In this document: positions 60,650 through 64,000 of the stretch, one piece after another
How the letters are laid out: every line of letters starts with the position of its first letter
How positions within the stretch are numbered: position 1 is the first letter of the stretch
DNA from: Fimicolochytrium jonesii
Taxonomy: Eukaryota
Assembly (NCBI RefSeq): GCF_025526975.1
Contig: NW_026515669.1
Coordinates: 1,736,001-1,800,000 of the forward strand
Direction of reading: 5' to 3'
Length of the DNA: 64,000 nucleotides
The notes under the pieces: generated by a model
Seen by the model: only the letters and a program-made list of their open reading frames with translations
The model's database searches: none
What the model was told of the DNA's origin: nothing
Made by a program: the position numbers and the translations under genes

Positions 60650-62464
60650 GCTAACTCATTGTTGGTTGAACGATATGGTTGCAAAAGGACGACGGCGTAG
60701 GCGTACATCCCTTACGTATTGTACATAGTTTAGTTGGACTAGCGAGCTCGAATCGTATTTAACATAAAAACGTGCGAAGCGAAAATTGAGCAATCTTTAC
60801 ATTTAACGCTTGCGATGGCTTGCAATTCCCCCTCGGCGGCAGCTCTGTTGCGTCCGACCGCGGGCACTGAGCTCTCACTCTTAGTGTATGCTTTCCCCTT
60901 GAGCTGGACACTATATCCAACTGGCTGTCCCACGGGTCCACTCCCATATCGACGTTCTCCTCGTCACATCACCTTTCGTTTACCTTTCATTGACGCCAGC
61001 TGAAACTATCATACTCAAGCGTTCATGATCCACAAAACCCCGTATTCCAGGCTTGCGAACACGAGACGTTCCAACCCGGGATGGTAAAGCCTGCTGTCGG
61101 GCAGGGCGTGCTGTAGAATTATGGACATTCCCCTCTTTCCAGGTCTGCGCTTTGACTTTCATGCAAGGTTCGACCACTGTGGGAACATCTTGGCCCAGTC
61201 CCCACCGCAGAGTGCAATGCGCGCAGAGCACAAAGGAAAGTAGCGATGCTTTATCCACTCAGCAACGTTCATTATTGCATTGAATTATGGTATGACATCA
61301 GTATTCGCATCCCTGGCTGGGCGAGCAGATGCAGACAGCCAGACAAGAATGGCGCAGCCGGTGACGACTCTTCTGATGATGACGAGAGAGATCGACCTTG
61401 AGGACGAAACAGACATTGTCGCCGCCAGAATGATCACCATGGCGTCGGAGTATGCGGTTTTGATTGGACTGGACAGTCTCGTTGGACGGCACGAAGAGGA
61501 AGAAGTTTCACCAGCTGTGACCAACGGCGGGTCTGTGGCGGGTCTCAGTGTCCTCCAAAGGCGGGACCTCTCCATGAAGAACAGGAAGGAAGAGCTGTCG
61601 ACCGTGAAGAACATGAGCCTAGAGAGCCGTCACTTCTCCTTCGGATGGATGATCTGTGCTGGTGCAGCCAGATAGCTACTCAGAGAATAAACGATCGGTG
61701 GGTCAACCCCCAAGAACAGCATTTGTTTCGCTTCCACTGGCAGCTATTGAGTCTCCCAAGAAAACCTTTGCAGGGCTGTTTTGAGAGCTCGATTCAACTT
61801 CCTAGTAAGGCCTCCTTGCGTGGGAGGGTCTGCCACCCATCCCTGACCCATCAGGTCCTGATGCAAAAACATTTGACAGTTCACGCCACTGACAGTATTC
61901 CGGATTCCAGCTTCTCGGAAACCCTGAGTACCCACCCTTCGGTTCATGTGGGAGACGCGTGAACCAACCACCGGAGATGATTCCCCCCGACGAAGGCGAA
62001 TGACAGTGAAATTTTTACTTGTCTAAGAGCGAATGTCTAGAGCGAGATAGCAGCCGCCGCGGCGACGGTTTGCGCGAACGTTTCGCGCATGAAGGCTCAT
62101 TTTCCTTGCCGTCAGGACAGTCAGGCGGACATCTCTTCTATCTCCGACCTCTCGTAGCTTCGCCTCGGAGAGTCGCCACCTTCGATTGCCAAAAATCTGA
62201 TGAGTCGTGCCCCATGTCCGACCGTGAAGGATACGCTTTATCGGAGGTCCTTCGGCGTGTTTTTTGTAGGTCGGGGCTGTCGGAGTAGTTTCCCGATGTT
62301 GGAATTACCCCACCGCGCAGTACGCCACTTGTGAGTATTGGGTGGCACGCACGTTCGATTTCGTCGGGAAGGGGGGCTTTCCGGGGGTGCCCATTACTTT
62401 TTGTTGTATGATTCCGTTGGCTTTGCGATCCGCCCCTTTTCGGTAGCTCAGCCCAGAAAAATAG

Positions 62465-62470
62465 TATAAA
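62465..62470 (+). promoter_or_regulatory. Putative TATA box (TATAAA)
   Basis: About 80 bp upstream of the ATG at 62548, followed by a C/A-rich 5' UTR. Confidence 0.55.
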
Positions 62471-62547
62471 TCCCTGAGCGTTCACAGATCCCCACTCCCA
62501 TTCCATCACCACGCACACCACCTCCTCCTCCTCGTACCATCACAACC

Positions 62548-63157
62548 ATGCGCACCCACCTCTTCCTCCTCGCCCTCCTCGCGGCCCTCGTCGCAGTCGC
62601 ATCCGCCGACAAGATCGTCTTCAACGGTCTCGACTTTGACGACGGCGCCGACGACACCACCGCCGTCGCCGTCAGCGCGCGCTCGGACCTCGCCACCCGC
62701 GCGCCGGGCCAATGCACGATCTTCACGGGCTTCAAGTGCGCGCTGGAGATCGCCAAGGCTGCCACATGCTTTGCTGTTACCATCATGGGTGAGTCTCACA
62801 TATCCTCGTTTTCAAACCACAAACCTCCAAACACATTTCTGACCCCTTCCATCCCTTCTCTTAGCCGCCCCTGTGACCTTCGGCGCCGCGCTCGCGGCCT
62901 TCACCGCCTGCTCCAGCTTCGGCCGCACCGCCGTCAGCACCTGCAAGCCGTGCTTCGACAAGCTGTTTGCGAAACTCGTCGCGCTCGCACATAAGCACAA
63001 AAAGGCGCTGCCGTGGGAGAAGAACACGCCTAAGAAGAAACTGACCATCCGCGCGCCGACTAAGGAGTCCTTGGTGGCGTGTTTGGATGATCTGGTCAAG
63101 AGCCAAGGGTTTGAGCAGGACGACGCGATGCGGTTCTGCAAATTGGGCGGATACTAA
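62548..63157 (+). CDS. Small secreted cysteine-rich protein (8 Cys)
   Basis: Signal peptide MRTHLFLLALLAALVAVASA, an acidic spacer, a six-Cys hydrophobic core and a basic tail with two more Cys. Intron at about 62789-62864. Confidence 0.82.
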
Positions 63158-63889
63158 TAACCGAGGGTCGTTGGGGAGTCAATCCCCTTCCCTCGCCGTA
63201 CAACCGCCGCCCACATCCCGCCCCCAGCGCCATATGCACCATACATAGATACCCGTAAGCATCGGGACCCGTCCTCATCCGCACGATACATACACCGTCG
63301 CTATAATCTAGATTACACAATAGTCACCCCACCTGCCCCTTACACATACTGTACTTAGTTTAGATGACTCGGAGACCACCCGGAAGCTGGTTCTTCTCTA
63401 TAATGAATTGACGTTCCTGTGACATGTGTCTGCTGCACCGGGTGTTGGCCGTTCGACAACACAGCGTTCTGATCCCTACGGGCGCGGTACCTGGGGGATG
63501 AAGCGCTACTCCACCTCCCGCGTCCAACGCTACGACCGTCTTAAACGATTCGATCCGGACTGATATTCCGTTCAATCATGCTGGGTGCAGGACGATGTCG
63601 AGAAGTAAACGGTAAACGTTGCTTGGTTCATATTATTTCCTTATGCTCGCATGCCACCGGGAAGCTTATGTCCCGTTTCCAATGACGCTCTTAGGCACGC
63701 TCTATTCAGCTACAGAAACTGTGTGGATACGGTACATATACCGCGGAACTAGTATACTTCTATAATAATTGAGCGGCTCTACCGCACGCACTTCCGTCGG
63801 TCCAAAGCTATGAGCAGAAGTCTCAACCCGCTCCCAACATCTCCCCCCTCGAATCGGGTAACTGTACCCACGAACACACCTTCCACATC

Positions 63890-64000
63890 TTACCAATCCC
63901 TTCTAAGCCCGGCCGCCTTCGCCTTCATCCTCTCCACGGCCCTCTGCGCATACTCCTCCCGCACCCTCCTCTCCTCCGCCGCCTTATTCACCATCCACTT
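63890..64000 (-). CDS. 3' end of a gene running off the window
   Basis: Open frame KWMVNKAAEERRVREEYAQRAVERMKAKAAGLRRDW* with G-rich codon usage like other 3' exon ends in this window. Confidence 0.55.
   Translation of the reverse strand, partial: KWMVNKAAEERRVREEYAQRAVERMKAKAAGLRRDW

Noticed and set aside
61280..61675. 131-aa ORF as a gene
   Set aside because: It has no recognisable motif and overlapping antisense ORFs of similar size, so support is insufficient.

Overview
This is eukaryotic, intron-rich, gene-dense DNA (about 25 protein-coding genes, short mostly GT-AG introns), most likely from a zoosporic (chytrid-type) fungus. Fungal hallmark genes (CYC8/SSN6, MRP51-like, YOL075C-like ABCG, OSH6/7-like, NAR1) sit beside centriole/flagellum genes that non-flagellated fungi lack (STIL/Ana2/SAS-5-like, DNAAF2/kintoun, HEATR4-like) and an OCRL/INPP5B-type phosphatase. 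I assembled the gene models by hand across introns, so exact starts are sometimes uncertain. Family assignments rest on motifs recalled from memory, not on database searches. Main points: (1) a STIL-like centriole duplication gene (N-terminal domain, coiled coil, STAN motif) lies head-to-head with DNAAF2 across a promoter carrying E2F/SBF/MCB-like sites; (2) a DEDDy 3'-5' exonuclease is fused to a Upf1-like SF1 helicase whose Q-motif/Walker A segment is missing; (3) a GH5 mannanase-like barrel has a transmembrane hairpin inserted between its two catalytic glutamates; (4) an array of direct and inverted AGCTGTCAAAC repeats precedes a spliced zinc-finger gene; (5) C-rich to G-rich compositional switches recur inside exons. 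No rRNA, tRNA, CRISPR array or intact transposon was recognised.
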